Part shown: piece after piece, positions 1-14,236 of the stretch | Numbering within the stretch: the first letter of the stretch is position 1 | Layout: each line of letters opens with the position of its first letter | Source: Ptychomitrium polyphyllum | Taxonomy: Eukaryota | Assembly: GCA_973851085.1 (NCBI GenBank) | Contig: OZ316776.1 | Location: 5,580,001 to 5,644,000, forward strand | Direction of reading: 5' to 3' | Length of the DNA: 64,000 nucleotides | Program-made: the position numbers and the translations under genes | Notes under the pieces: generated by a model | Told to the model about the DNA's origin: nothing | Database searches by the model: none | The model's input: only the letters and a program-made list of their open reading frames with translations

Positions 1-466
1 TGAAGTCCACATGAAGTGAAGATGTATAGATACATAGAGAAACGATTCAAGGACTCCAGTCGTACTGTGCTCTGACATTAACCGGCATTTAATCTTGCAC
101 GTCAGTTGTCAAAGTCAAGGCGAGCAACAGTACTCAAGAATGTGGGCACCAAAAAAACTAAAGGTGATGAATAGGAAAAACCGATCAGTTCACAAAGATA
201 GACAGTCTGACCACGAAGGCTGTCAGGCTCGCTGCAACCGTGTCAGTGCGTTCTGATAGTATTTGCAGATACACAACCAGACCAGGGTTGATAATCACAT
301 AGTTGAATACTGATTGGCAGATCTCAACATTGCATGAACCTTGCTTGAAAACTCACCTTTGAGACGAGAATACTACGTATACCTACACAAGCTGCAAACT
401 ACTTTGGAAGCACAAATTCTATACGGAATCATCAAGAAGATAAAGTCGTCGGAAACGAAGGAGTAC

Positions 467-1430
467 CTTCACACACCTGTAGAGCTTGTACTTCACACGC
501 CGCTGCTCACTGCTTGTCACCTTCTCCGTTGAACTGAGGAATTAGACCTAGTCTCTGGAACAACGGAAGCAGACTCCAAAGAGCACCGGAAATCACTCTT
601 CTCACTGAAATGCTTGCAGAGTCATCGCTAAGCAATATCAGGTGGTTCCCAGAATGGTAGAACAGGACAAAGGCAAGCCAGAGAGCTCCTTTAGTCAGAA
701 AGAACAAAAACAAAAAAGAAGAAATTAACTACAGTGTAGTGCAGTCTGCGTTGTCATCCCCAAGCTCTCTCAACAGCACCACTCTGCTGCTAATTAACTT
801 TTCTGCTCCACAACCCACCTTCACAATGCGTTTCCCAGAGTGACCAAAAAAGAACCAGAACGAGCTTGGAAAGTAGAGGTCAACCACCAAGTACGTCGCA
901 GCACCAACCCCCCACAAAGCAACTTCAAGTCCCTTTAAACATTCGTCATTGTCCACATCTAAACCATCACCTCCACCAGCAGCCGTTGTACCACCGCTAC
1001 CTCCAACCTCAACACAATACAGCTGAGCTGAGTCTCTCAAAAGCTCTTCAATGTCCCAAACAATATGATATTACTCCTCTCAAATGCTAACTGCAAAAGT
1101 TCTCTAAACCACAACAACCTAAGGCCACAACGAAAGCTGCTGCATTGAGCGACGTGATGGTATTAACCCAAGATGACAGTTCTGGTGAGTGAGTGGCCGC
1201 CATGGATCAATACATAGAGGGAGAAATAGAAGGGGAGCTGAGTGAAGTGAAGGGAGTGAAGGGAGTGAAGGGAGAGACTGGGGGTGAGTGACTGAGACTG
1301 GCAAGACCTCTAGTGGAGTGGAGAGGGTGGCAGTAAAGGAGAAGAGAAGGGCCATTGATTGATTATGTGAGGCAGCTCCTGCATCATGACTGCAGCAGGA
1401 AGTTAGCAGGGTGGTGGAGAAGACCAGCCT
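467..1430 (-). other. Probable long 5' leader (first exon/5' UTR) of a minus-strand gene whose CDS lies off the left edge
   Basis: CpG is retained. The minus strand opens with a CT-rich tract (including (CCTTCACTC)3 at about 1245-1275), and there is a donor-like AAG|GTACTC at 467 followed by T/G-rich intron-like sequence. The short ORFs here (507-713, 729-1040, 1119-1355) resemble no family I recognise. Confidence 0.4.
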
Positions 1431-4400
1431 GAAAATTTAATCATTTCTGAAAGATAAGAATAAAGGAAAACTATGGGAAAACCAAGGGCGTTGACTGGGC
1501 GTTGACCAGTGTAAGTTATCATCTTGCCTTTGATCTCAATGGGTCTCACCACTACGACCACTGAGTAGTGGTAAATTGGTAATCTATCCAGTGATTGATG
1601 GACTTCTCATTATTACAAGGCATTCCTTCCTGCTGCATCAAGCCCCCCTGGGCTGTGGCTCACATGCAGAAGGGTCTACAAGGTTGAGCTCCAGCCTAGA
1701 GGTCTAGCTACTGGAGTATGTCAAGAGTCACCGCTATTGTAACATGCCTTGATGGGTGTAATTCGTCAATACTGTAATTTGTGGCTGCCTGCGGCAGTGA
1801 TGGACTAGAAGTGTAGAAACTGGGTTGTACAGCTGATCAATAGCTTGCACTGAGGCCTCATTTAATGGAGTTTGGTGCTTGGTTCCACTGTGCAGGAAAT
1901 TATCTGTGCAAGTTAGTGAATCTGGAGCATGATGTTGGTTTGTTTGCAATTGATAAATTTGGAAAGGGTCTCTTTGTACTCAGTCTAGAATTGCTGTGTC
2001 CTACAGTACAAGCACCTATTACTGGCATGTACATATTTTCAGAATCCGTAGAGTAACCCAAGTTTGGAACAAACTACAGGAAATCATGTTATAGTTTATT
2101 CTATGTGGATTCTTAGGTTGCAACAAATGGAATTAGAATGATGCTTTTGTGTGCTCATGTTGTTGCTTTTCTGTCCTCATATTGTTTTGATTCAGATTCT
2201 TCTGAAATATTTAAAAGGGTACCTGCATAGAAATTTATGTGTATTGCTTGTGAAATTGAAATGCCCTTACTGATACCCATAGGCCCTACAACTTTCTGTG
2301 TTCATCTAATCATTAAAAGTTCAAAAAATAAAGTTTTTAAATAAATTCATCTTTTCTTCAAAGTTGGAATCAAAGAAAATTTACCTCAATTCAATAAGCT
2401 GGTCCAGATATACACAATCTGTCAAACTGTCACTTATAGGTGCTTCTACCTTAGTGAAGGAACTGTAACACCTAAGCTATTCAGTGTATTTCCTCTTGTA
2501 TTCATTTCTTGTTAAATAGTTTGAGACAAACACTGCAATTAGGACTTGCAAGATCAACATTATTTGTGAAAATTCAGAACAAAATTGCTAAGCAGTAATA
2601 ATTTGGTGATTAGGCCATCTCCAACCTGAGCCATAAAAGAAGTCCATGCAATACTTTAAGTTCTTCTTTGATAAGAAAAGATCCTTGGGTCCTAACCATA
2701 GACACAATAAGCTTTTATCTCTAATTCAATAAGGTGCCTAATATGGGCTCAGAGAAGCATCTACTACATCATCAAATTATGCAAGTTTGTTGTTCACAAA
2801 AATGAAAGGTTCTAATTAGCCTAGTTTGAGGATAGTGAGTGTGCAATGCAAATATGTTTTTTGCATCCTCACCAAAAATTAATATCCTCACCCAAATGGA
2901 AGTGTATTTGATGGGTACGTACGAGATGCTCTTATCTGTTTCTTACTAGTCTTCAACTGAGGGGAAATGTATTACATGATTATGAATGAGTTTTTCTTTG
3001 ACAAATTGAGGGTACTGTACAATGCAGACTGCCATACAGGGAGAGTATACTCATGTAGGTACTGTACATTTACAAGCAGCAATTTCAGTGATTTGAAGAC
3101 CTATCCTTATGTACATAGCAGTCAAAAAGGATAGTGAGATTTGTTAGTCAAAACTTCAGCTAGTTCCAGCCCTGCCAAACCTCATGTGCAATTTTTAGGA
3201 ATGGAAAATAATCTTGGTTGGTAAAGCAACACATTCAACCTTGGAGAATTTTGTATTAAAGGTTACACTAAAATAACAGAGTAGTGGTCACGTCAGAAGG
3301 GTTACTTGCAGGTGCCATTAGATGTATTTGCCTGCCCCAACTGCTGCTGAAGTTAGACACAAAAATGCATGTCAAAGTATCATTCACTCTATCTGCCACT
3401 CAATCTTCAAAGAGCACCTGATTCATTCAAATGTAACTATGGAAAAATTCAAGTAATAGTCCTCAGTGTAGGTAAAAATAAGTATTGATGTGGGGTAGTA
3501 CTACTTGATGGGCAAGCTTGTTGGGTAGAATTGAGTACACTACTTGTTATGCAGGGTGGTAGTGTACTTCTTGAAATGATACTATTGCTGGAAGTCATTG
3601 AACTCCATTTGACCTATCCATCAATGGGCCAGTGCTAGCAATCCCAATTATAAAATTCTTATATGTGATAAAACTTAACCAGGGGTACATACTACCCTAG
3701 GCTCAGTGGTACATTTGAGAGCACAACTGCAGCTCCATCTTTGAAGGCATTGCTGTGAGGACTTCCATAACATTCTTAACCTATAGGCCTGGGGCATATG
3801 CACTGCAAATATTTACTCTGACACCTATCACCACACAAAAAATTCCCATGGCATATTTGGGAAATCACCACAACAAGTTACCATTGTCACCTCTGCATGC
3901 AGGTTGCAAGGTAAAGGAAACTGGCACCTGTTTGGTTTCCTTTTGTTTTAGAAATCCCAGAAAGAGTTGAAACAATGAAGAAGGTTAAATTTTCTTTGTC
4001 ACAAACTCATATCATCTTTACATGAAGAAAAGGGAAACAAATAGAACATATACTACACTATGCACCAAAATTTTCATCAATTAATTAGTATTATTGATGA
4101 TTGAGTTGGAGGTGGATATCATTTAGCATAAGGTATGACATGGTGGGGTGACATGGTCTTATAATATTTGTCCCTAAGATGGAAGAATTTGAAAACAAAA
4201 TATTAGGTAATATAGGTGAATATCAATGTATATGCGCTTCATATTGTATGTTGACATGTATGTAATGTGTGATGGCACCAATGGGTGAGTGTGTTGAACC
4301 CTAATAACATGAAAGACACTCTCCTACAGTGAAATGTGAAGCAAAGAAGATAAGAGAATGTGCAATTCTAAGGATTTGCACAGGTGCCCTAGGAGACTAC

Positions 4401-5349
4401 CCAAAAAGAAGAAATCAAATAAATAAACCTCCTGTGATCAAGCCTACCATCAAACCTTGATGCAATACTATATTAAAATTAGTAACCTGACACCAAACCC
4501 TGCAACCTTGAAATACCTTACAATCCACAAGCTGAAACACAAACAACCCCACACACCACAACCTGAAGCAGATAGAAACCTGCAATGCCATCACTGCACA
4601 CAATTCCTTCAGAGATTTGTGTCCTTCACATACAAACATGATTCAAAGCACAACCTGAGCCTCACACAACTTTGTTGACAAGTACCAAACTGCTTCCCCT
4701 ATTATGACTCTGGCTCTTTGAGAAGACACAGCACCAAAGCCTTCCACCAATTCACTACTAAAGTCAATTCAATTGCACAGCAGAGCTCATATTTCAGTAA
4801 AACCTGCATGATGGGGTGATACTGGTTTGATGTCCAGCAATACTGGGCAAATCAAAATATATTTGTAAGGTGGAGCCATTAGAGGCAACATGGCCATAGA
4901 GCTCAAGTCCAGCAGGCAGCATAAGATTGTACACTGGAAACTTTTTGGAAACCCTTTTTCCATGCATGGTAAGTATTTCTACCACTACCTCAATATTACC
5001 TATGTATCCTATAAGCAAGGTTGTCTACATAGAAGGATAACTCAAATTTTGCCCTCAACAAATATCTTGGATAAATGAACAAATTGATGTAAAAAGATCC
5101 CCAAAAAGAATTAAAAAATTGATCCAAAATTAACTTTGAAAGGTGATATGGAATTAAGGGCATAAATACTCTTCTAATTATATCCTTGCCGATCTGTCAA
5201 TGTTCATTTAGTAATTAACTAGAAAACACTTAATAGATACTTAAAGAATTTTTACTTACTAAAACTCTCAATATCTTCAACCATTTCTCTCATATTTGAT
5301 CTAAAGTATAATTCAAAATAGAACAACCAATAGGTATACTAGAAGAGTT

Positions 5350-5570
5350 TGAAAATGATGCAAAAAATCTATTAGCAAAAGTGACGTACAAAAGAGTTCA
5401 AAACTATTGTCAAGTGCTAATACAAAAAATGCATTTTGTTTCAAAAGACAATTCTTCTTTATATATCCTAAACTTTAGGATTCAAAACTGCCATTTTAAG
5501 GGTAATCAAAGTTGTTGTGGCTAGTTTATACCTAAATGATGTCAATTATCAAGTAATGCCTAATATCTTA
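5350..5570 (+). mobile_element. Possible highly decayed LINE reverse-transcriptase fragment
   Basis: Translation KNLLAKVTYKRVQNYCQVLIQKMHFVSK loosely resembles the L1-type RT segment YKILAKVLAKRL..LI...QxGFV. Many stops and frameshifts; recognised by eye only. Confidence 0.25.
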
Positions 5571-8512
5571 GCTTAAAGAAAGTAACCAACCGGTCAATGT
5601 CTCAATAACTAGCTCTTTAATACATGGTGGAAAAATATATGATGAAGACATGTATGTTGGCACAAATGGAGGTACAAAAAAGGGAGTGTATATGTTACAT
5701 ATGGAATCTGCATAAAGTGGAGGTGGAAGGATGTGCTTATATTTTCCATAGGAGCTATCCTTTCATATCCAAACTAAACTTCCACCCCCTCCTTTTCATG
5801 ATACACTTGGCCTTCTCCAATTGAAAAGCATTGTAGTCCATTTAAATCAAAAATTGCAAGTATGGTATTTATAAATTCTAATGGTGTGCTACATAAAGTA
5901 CAATAAAATGAAATAGCATAAATTTATATGTATTACAATTTCTAAGACATATTTTACTTTTGAAAGAGCAATTCAAAAAATACAACATAAAAAGTACAAC
6001 ATGCTTTAATCTTATGACCATAGAACATCAATCTTTAAAGTGACACAAATATGAATATGTGTAGCAATTAATTAATTTTCCTACACAATCTATATGCAAA
6101 TATGAATTGCATATTGACAAGAAACTAGATAGTTTTTGAATTATTTCTTATATTCTAAATTTCATATTTATAATATTTATAAATTTATACCTCTTGATGC
6201 TTTTTAAAATATTTTTTATGTCTAATATGCCATATTAATATATGTGCTATCTATAAATATGTACATTTATTTAAAGTCTCCCAAATCCTAAAGATACATT
6301 GTATCTCTATTAGCTATCGTTTCTTAGCTTCTATTCATAAATTCCAAAAAAATTCAAAAAAAAAATTTCTACTACATTCAACTTGCACACTCGCTCCTTT
6401 GTGGATGGAGTATGTGCAACCTCAATTAAACCTCATTTACACGTGCACATTCTTATGTCATTTCCACCCCATCCTCTTCCCCTTTCAAAACACAAGTGAT
6501 CATAAATGCAATCTAAAAAAAGAGGTTCTAATATACAATATACTAGTTTATGATTGAACAAACATTTCATATATCTTGGATAAGTAGTTGTAAAAGAATA
6601 TTTAAGATGAAAGTAATAAGCTACCATAAAAGATAAATAGCATTATAACATGCCCTCACCAAAATAAAATCCAAAATCTAAATAAAGAATAGTAATTATT
6701 TCCTATTCCATCCCTCTATAAGATCATTTGGTGGCCCGTTAGATTTAACTTAACTACTTCTAATATGTTATTGCTCAAAAGCTTTTTATTTATAAATCAA
6801 GTTTTTTATATTGGACCATCTATTTCTACAAGAGCTTGCAATATATTAAAATCCTTTGATATATTCAATGCCATTAATATCATCAATATTGAAAAACTAT
6901 GTGCTTCCAACAAATAATTGATTGTTTTTAATTTTCTTAATTCCCTTCTATATTACAACATTCCATTTTATAATGGTTCATTACTAAAATAACTAGAATG
7001 GTAGATTATCAAATTAATGATTTATACTCCGCTAATATCCGTTAGAATAATCATCAAATTAATACACCTTATTATTGGAATTCCAATATCCATTAAGTGT
7101 TTGCTAAAAGAAAATTTGTAGTTCTGCATTTGCAAGATTAATGCCAATAATCTTCTAGCACACATATGCAATCTTTTTGTGATCTTATTCTTGCTTTAAT
7201 TCTCCAAATTCATTTTATAACTTAGTGGCATATATTTCACCAAACCAAACATCTTACACAAGTATATGTAGAACAAAAATTTATACAATTGGCAAAGTTT
7301 ACAATTTTTAAAGTCCCAATCAAATACATAAGATGGAATGTACATGAGCAAGAATCAAGTGCCTATCCTCCCTTGGAACCAAATCCATTATGGTCTTTCT
7401 ATGAACATTGGTTTTAAATGCAACAAATGAATTTTTTACTATGTGATTACTACTACCCTTCCATAATTTCAAATCAATTGTAATTTTATAATTAAATATG
7501 TACAATTTATTCCTAGTATGTTAATGTAGTAACTTTACAAGCATTAAGATCAAGAATGTTGTGTTATCAAGATGGTGGAGTTTCAAATTAGCATGCGATG
7601 TGAATGCTAATCAATTTAACTTAAATGTGAAAGGCAAACTTTATATCATGTATCCTTCAGGTTTCATCTAATCTTTTATATAAGTAATCATTATACAAGT
7701 TATTGTAGCAAGACATTAAATATAGAAATATGTTAACCAAGGATATTAAGGAATTGAGATTTATTGATGAATTATAGGAAATGAGCAAATTATTACTTCA
7801 CAAACATCAGATTGTAGGATTAATATGCAGTTTGCCATAAGAAAATTATCATATCTTATTTAAGAGATTGTGACAGGTGCTTCTGCCTAATGATACATGT
7901 AACACTATACAGTCCAGCTATAAGTGGCAGAACTAAGGCTGTTAGGACTTGGATAATTGTTGATTGACTCAACTGTAGCATTCTTGACAATCTTGTGTAT
8001 TGGATTTTGACACTTAATGTATGCTTATACAACAGAATAAGTTGAGTCACACATTGACATAACCTGACTCAATTTATCAGTTGTCTTTCAGAAGCATTCA
8101 AGCTATAATGCAGACACAAGTATATCAAACCAAAAGTAATACAGCGTACCTGGAACTTAAGATACTAGAAGCTGCAATCTCATAAACAACCCACTCTCTG
8201 CCTTTGCAAATTGTGACATAAGTTAGCAGGCAACTTAGAGTTCCGAGGACAAAAAGGTAGTTCTAAGTATGTACCAACTTAGATCAGAGGACCATACTTG
8301 GACTTTGAAGCTTTTTAAATTTTTACGTACAATACAGCTGCAACTAAAAACTGCCACATCTGAATTGTGGGAATGACACAAGCTAGTAGCATATACAGTA
8401 TGACAGGTAGTACTATCCTACTTCAAAGTTTATTCTTTAAATCAGATAACTCTACACCACTTTAGCATCTGGCCAGATACTCCACTCTAGACAATGTTCA
8501 AAGTAATTGAAG

Positions 8513-9108
8513 ATGATTCTGGCCTACATGAAACTAATCTATAAAATCCACATATAAACCAGTTTTCAATTGGAATTTCTTCTATAAACTCCTTCTCTCT
8601 CATACATACCTCCTGTAAAATTTCACAATTTTCTAATATGTCTGTGGCTTTTCATGACTTTTGATGTACTTGGCTCTTATAAATACAAAATACTTATCTT
8701 AAATGTAAAAGAAAATCATGAAATACCTGTTGTAACATCAAAGCATAGCTACATGCACATCTCAAAAGTTCCAAGAGTTTTTCATGTTCATTCAAGGAAT
8801 TCCAACTTTTCAGGGTTTCAAAGTGTACCAATGAGGTACAGGTGCTTTCAAGGCCACCTTCACTTTGATAGTCCATAAAAAGAAATAAAATTTGTGATAC
8901 AAATTGCAAAGAAGATACCAATGGATTGCTTTACTTCTTCCACACATCCATTGTGAGTACATGGTCAGCTAATTTGGTCATCTTCATCAAGTGAAAACTT
9001 AAGAACCATACTTCAGAAGTCAAAACAGGGCCTCTTAGTTATGAAAGATGAAGAGGGATGTGGTTCTACCACTCATGACCATGCAGTAGGATCATCTAGA
9101 CAATAACT
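8513..9108 (+). repeat. 596-bp direct repeat, copy 1
   Basis: Identical by eye to 14237-14832 (offset 5724). The ORF track gives identical peptides at 8654/14378 and 8694/14418. Confidence 0.95.
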
Positions 9109-11269
9109 ATATGTAATCCTTCAACTGTTTATGGTTGGCTTATGCATAAGCACATTATTTTTGATTCACACAACCTGGGTATGAGATTGATATCCTTTCA
9201 GCATATGAGATGTTGGCAGAGTTCAATGTTGTAGTCAGTATTTTCCTCTCTTATTAGAGGCTCAATAACTGATATTCTCCAGCAGCATCACATTGTTGAG
9301 AATGGATGAAATCCAATGCAATGATGGAGATACTCTGTGATACCACGGTCACTACAAATGGATTGAGTTTGGTTAGTACCATAGGTGCTCTTTGAAGATG
9401 AAAATAGGCCCATCTTAGAAAATGCAGCCTCATGGAAGGGGTCTACCCAACCGGCGACAATGGTATATGGTTGCATGTTAGATCTTGACCAGAAGTTGAC
9501 TGTGTGTCTGTGCCAGCTTCTGAGCTGTACGTGTATTTGACAGACAGAGTGGGTTCTGGTGTCTACCACATGCAATATAAACACCTTGGCAGGCTTTGGA
9601 AGCCTCCTCAGCCCTCTGGCTGAGCTTGACTCTGGGGTGCCATACGGCTGGAGTGAGTGGTGGGCCTCCCTACCAGGATTGTCACCCCCTTGGACTATCA
9701 TTGAGCCACAGTGGCTTCCCTTCAGATCAGCTTCTCCACTCCCCTAGCTAGTAGACTCAAAAGTATTCAACATCTGTGTTTTCTTTAATGGGCATTTCTC
9801 AAGGCATCACAAAAGCTACATAAATTTATGCACTTGTGACTTCTAATAAAATCTTCAATCAGTAATAGAATGTTGATATGTCTTTATTGGAAATCAGTGT
9901 GACTAGCAATCTTGGAACTCAATTTTGTTGGAGTAATTAGAACAAAAATTGTTGGACTTTAGTGGTGCTAAGTCACTGATGTTTCTACATTAAAAAAGAA
10001 GCTCCAATTTCCACCACTGATTGTCAAAGATATGATCACTATTTTAATTTTCTAATAATAAACTTTGGCACTAATTAATCAATGCAAATTTGGTGCTTAG
10101 TTTGGATTTCTGTGTGGAAAAAGAGCAAATGTAAAAATAATAATTTAAGGACTTTCAAGGGTTTCTACCATTTCTATCACTTTCCTTAGCTTCATGCCAT
10201 CAATATTACAATGCACCCAAAATTTACAATTCAATTCATTAACTATTATGTGGTGTCTAAGAAAGGAAATAGAATACATGTTGTAGTGTTGCAAGTTTAA
10301 TATATATGTATTTAGGATTTAGAATTTGCTTAGTGTTACAAAGCAAGGTAGAGTAGGGGTAAGTGAAGGCAGAAATGAACAAGGATAGAGGAGAGTAAGG
10401 GTGGAGGATTTAAAATTTGAAATCAAAATGGACCCAAGTTAGAAGGGGTTGTAAATTGTGCAAACGGATCAAGGTGGAATAAAGGAGAAGGAGGAATTTG
10501 ATGCAAGGAGAATTAGAGACCATATAGAATGTAGATAGGGCATTGTAGATAAAGAAAATTAAACACGTACACAACATGGAACATATCATGGATTATGGTA
10601 TGGCATGTCATGGAACCATTTTCTTGACTAATTAATTGATTGAAATACTTTGATACTATGCAATATTCAATCAAAATTTATGCTTCACACCATCAATAGT
10701 ATTATATATTACATCTTGGAGTACAATACCATATATAATTGATAAAATACTTTTACAAGAGTTGTCATTTTACTTACCTTTATAGATTTATATAATTCCA
10801 TTTTTTTTGGAAAATTATTTATTTATTTATTGTGCAGTTAGAATCTGCTAACAAGCAAATTATTACTTTTAAATGAAATTCCAAAATCATATGAATACAT
10901 GCACAATAATAATTTAATTTATAGAATGGATAATAACAATATGGTTTCTAAAACCTTTATTTGTACATAAGAAGGTAAAATTCTAATAAAATTCATCTTA
11001 TCTTAATTCTACCATAGATTCTTTTAGCATGTATTTTATCAAATTTTTCTCTAAATTTTTTTTTAATTGATATGAATTATTATGGTTATTATAATTTTGT
11101 TGATAAAACAAAAATGAACATTTTAACCAACTACATATATGTCATAGAGGTTCTTTGGTATTTTTATCAATAGCAATATGAAATTTTATTCATGTGTTTG
11201 TTCATCATTCATTTTTATCATCTATTGTATCTAATAAATGATAAAACCTTTACTTTCTCTCAGCACTTT

Positions 11270-11560
11270 TAAACCTATGAAAGTTTTTCTCCAATTTTCA
11301 AAATATGCAATGGCCATGTGAGTATTGGTGTATCAATATTCCTTTCTATAATCAACTTAATTCAATATGAGAATGCTAGGATAGTGTCAAATTCTTCTTT
11401 GCTAGAGTCTCTTCAAATTATGTTATTGTTTAAAAACTATTTTTAACAAATTTCATTTTATAATAATCATGGAATTAAAACTTTGGAAGACACTTCAAAG
11501 AATCAACTTTTATTTGACAGTATGAAATTGTATTAATTCTCTTAGAACTTTATCTTTTAA
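11270..11560 (-). mobile_element. Possible decayed LINE reverse-transcriptase fragment
   Basis: Minus-strand pieces LPK/FNSMII ... TLAKK ... ERNIDT ... occur in the order of L1 RT motifs (LP.SFNST.I, K.LA.RL, GRNI.D), with frameshifts. Confidence 0.3.
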
Positions 11561-14236
11561 GTTCAATCCAATATATTTCAAAAGGCTCAGACCTCCTCCC
11601 ACAGTGTCTTAAAACCTTTGATTTTTTTTTGGATTGAATTGTTGTTTTTTCTTGCCATTGGTGATATAAAGTTTAATAATTTTAATAGTTTTTTTTTTTT
11701 TTTTTTTGCTAGAATTCGTTTTTTAAAATTTAGAAATAATGACCTTCATGTCAGCATTTTAATTATACGTAAAGGAACCTTGGATGATTAAAAATTAAAT
11801 GTTGTGAAATATTTTTTTATTTATTCTTTAGGTGTCAAATGATCATAGAATATCATGAAAATTATTGTAAATTATAATTTTTAGCTATTAAAAATATAAA
11901 TATATTGTATTTTTGCTCAAAATATATCACCACATTCAAGTTTTTGAAGAGTGGTTGGCTATTTAATATTTTTTTATAATCATAGTTATTTTTCAATTGA
12001 TCCTTTTTGCATCACCATTCAAATTCAACAATATAATTTTTTATATAAGTTTTACTTTAATTTTGAAAAAAACAACACAATTTTTTTTTATATTCTTGTA
12101 TTTATGTTCTTTTTAATAGTACCTTAAGAAAATATTGTTTTGTTTATAAATGATTAAAGTATTTAGAAGTACTTTATTGAATCTTAAACTCTTTAAGTAT
12201 TTTATTGACATTTCAAGTTTTTTTAGTAAGATTACAAAAGATAAAGTATATATACCAAAAAAATTGCTAAATGGCATTCATTTTTGAATTGAACAGACTT
12301 GCTCTTAGTATGATAGGTATTAGCCCTTGTATCAATGGTGGTTTTTCTTGAAATGAATTAATCTTGTTTGGATAATTTGATGTAAAAAAAATAAAACTAT
12401 ACTAACCTCAATGATTTTGATAGTTTATCATATTTGTACCTAATAGAGATAATTTGAGTTGTTAACAAAAATCATGTAATGTTCTTTACTTGCACATTTT
12501 TTTAATGTATCTATATTAATAGGATTTATTTAATGTAATGCATTGTATATTATTATTTAAATAGTAAGATTGCTATAAAATTTAATATTTGAAATCTTTT
12601 AATTTATAAAGTATAATAGACAGTGAAATTCATCTTTTTATTAAAAAACTTACTTCAAAAATCACTTTAAAACAAAAAGAAAGATAGATCTTCTACGTAT
12701 CTATAGAAAACATGATTTTAGTATGTAGAAAGGACATTTATGTTACTTAGAAGATGATAATATAGTTGATTGCAATTTATTTTTCTTTTTTTGTCTTTTT
12801 TTTAGAAAGAAAAAAACTTGCTTAATTAATCTTAATTAAAGTTCCTTTTTCTTCTTCTTCATTTCCATTTTAATCATTATAGTTATTTTTATCAATGCAC
12901 ACCATAATCATGTTTAAGTTTATGGTTTATGTATAAACAACAAATATAGTAGCCTATCCATTGATAACATAGCATGTACTTTTCAAGATTATTCTAAAAT
13001 AGGTCCTATGTGTCTCCACATAAATCTCCTTTCAATGTTAGAGCTAAATCCTTAATACAATTAAAATTTACAATACCTATTTTAAAAATGATTGAAAAGA
13101 TTGCTTAAGAATGTTATGATCTACTATCTAAAACCATTTTTTAAAAGTCCTTGCATATAGAGAATTGCAAGTCTTTGATAATGATAGATGAATACATTGA
13201 CATTTGTTTTATTTTCATAGATTCTCAAATAAACTAGAGCATGTCAATTTTGGGTAAACATTAGACATAGTGAAAAAAACTTAATAGAAAATTTGGAAAT
13301 GTTTAAATGCATTGATGAAAGTCAGAAGCTTTTTCTTCACAAAGAAATTTTTTCTTGAATATACAGCGTGTCCTCTCAAACAGCCTTGTACCTACTAAAA
13401 AGGAACTAAAAACTCCAGTTATTGTGTGCTAAATACAGTGTTTTAGAACTACATAGTCCTTTTAATCTATCTTCAAAAAGGAAGATTCCTTCAAAATTAT
13501 GGATGTCTTTTCTAAAAGTAAAGGTTTGTGACAGGAAAAAGCAATTTGTTTGCAATTGACATAGCCAGGAAAACAGTTTTGTGTAAGTTCTTGCTAGCTT
13601 GCTGCATTCTTTTGTACCTTATTGATTTCAAGTAAGAGAACAATTCAATTTTTACAAGAGGAAATGCTTTAAGACTGATAGTTGGCTGAAACAAGGTCAA
13701 AGGCTGGGATATTACAAACTCACTTTACATTTGCAAATAAAATCTATAGTCTATCCAACAAACTTGATCAGAGTTGTTTTCACCAAGATTGGCAGACAGA
13801 CTTTGCATGACCTCCTATGATTGTTGCTTCAAAGACAAAGGGATGACTTAGATCATGCCACTTTAGTATGGATTTTAGGTATTACAATAGCCCTCCCAAA
13901 GGCAATTGTCTTTCCTTCAAACTCAAGGTGTTCATTCAGGTGTCCTGAGCTCATTCTTGAAGTGAAAATGATGATGTGTGCTTGAGTTCCGAAGATCTGT
14001 TTGCTCCAAATGATGCCAAGATGATCTATCTGCAGGGTGCAGAGCATATAACTAGAAGTTTGTGGGAAGATTCCATGCTTGGGTATCGTACCGTACCACG
14101 GTTCATTAAGTTATGTCTTTGGCAGGTAGCACCAGTCTTTCTGTTTGAGCCTTAGAAATGCTGAGAGCCTATTCTGGTGCAAGGTGAACCCTGACTCATG
14201 ACTCTTACACAGGGTATTGATCCTTTAAGGACAACT

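Noticed and set aside
13700..13900. PPT/LTR-like junction GGGAGGGCTAT|TGTAATACC on the minus strand at 13886
   Set aside because: No second LTR, far terminus or TSD found; the nearby TGTAATATCC at 13716 is not homologous downstream.
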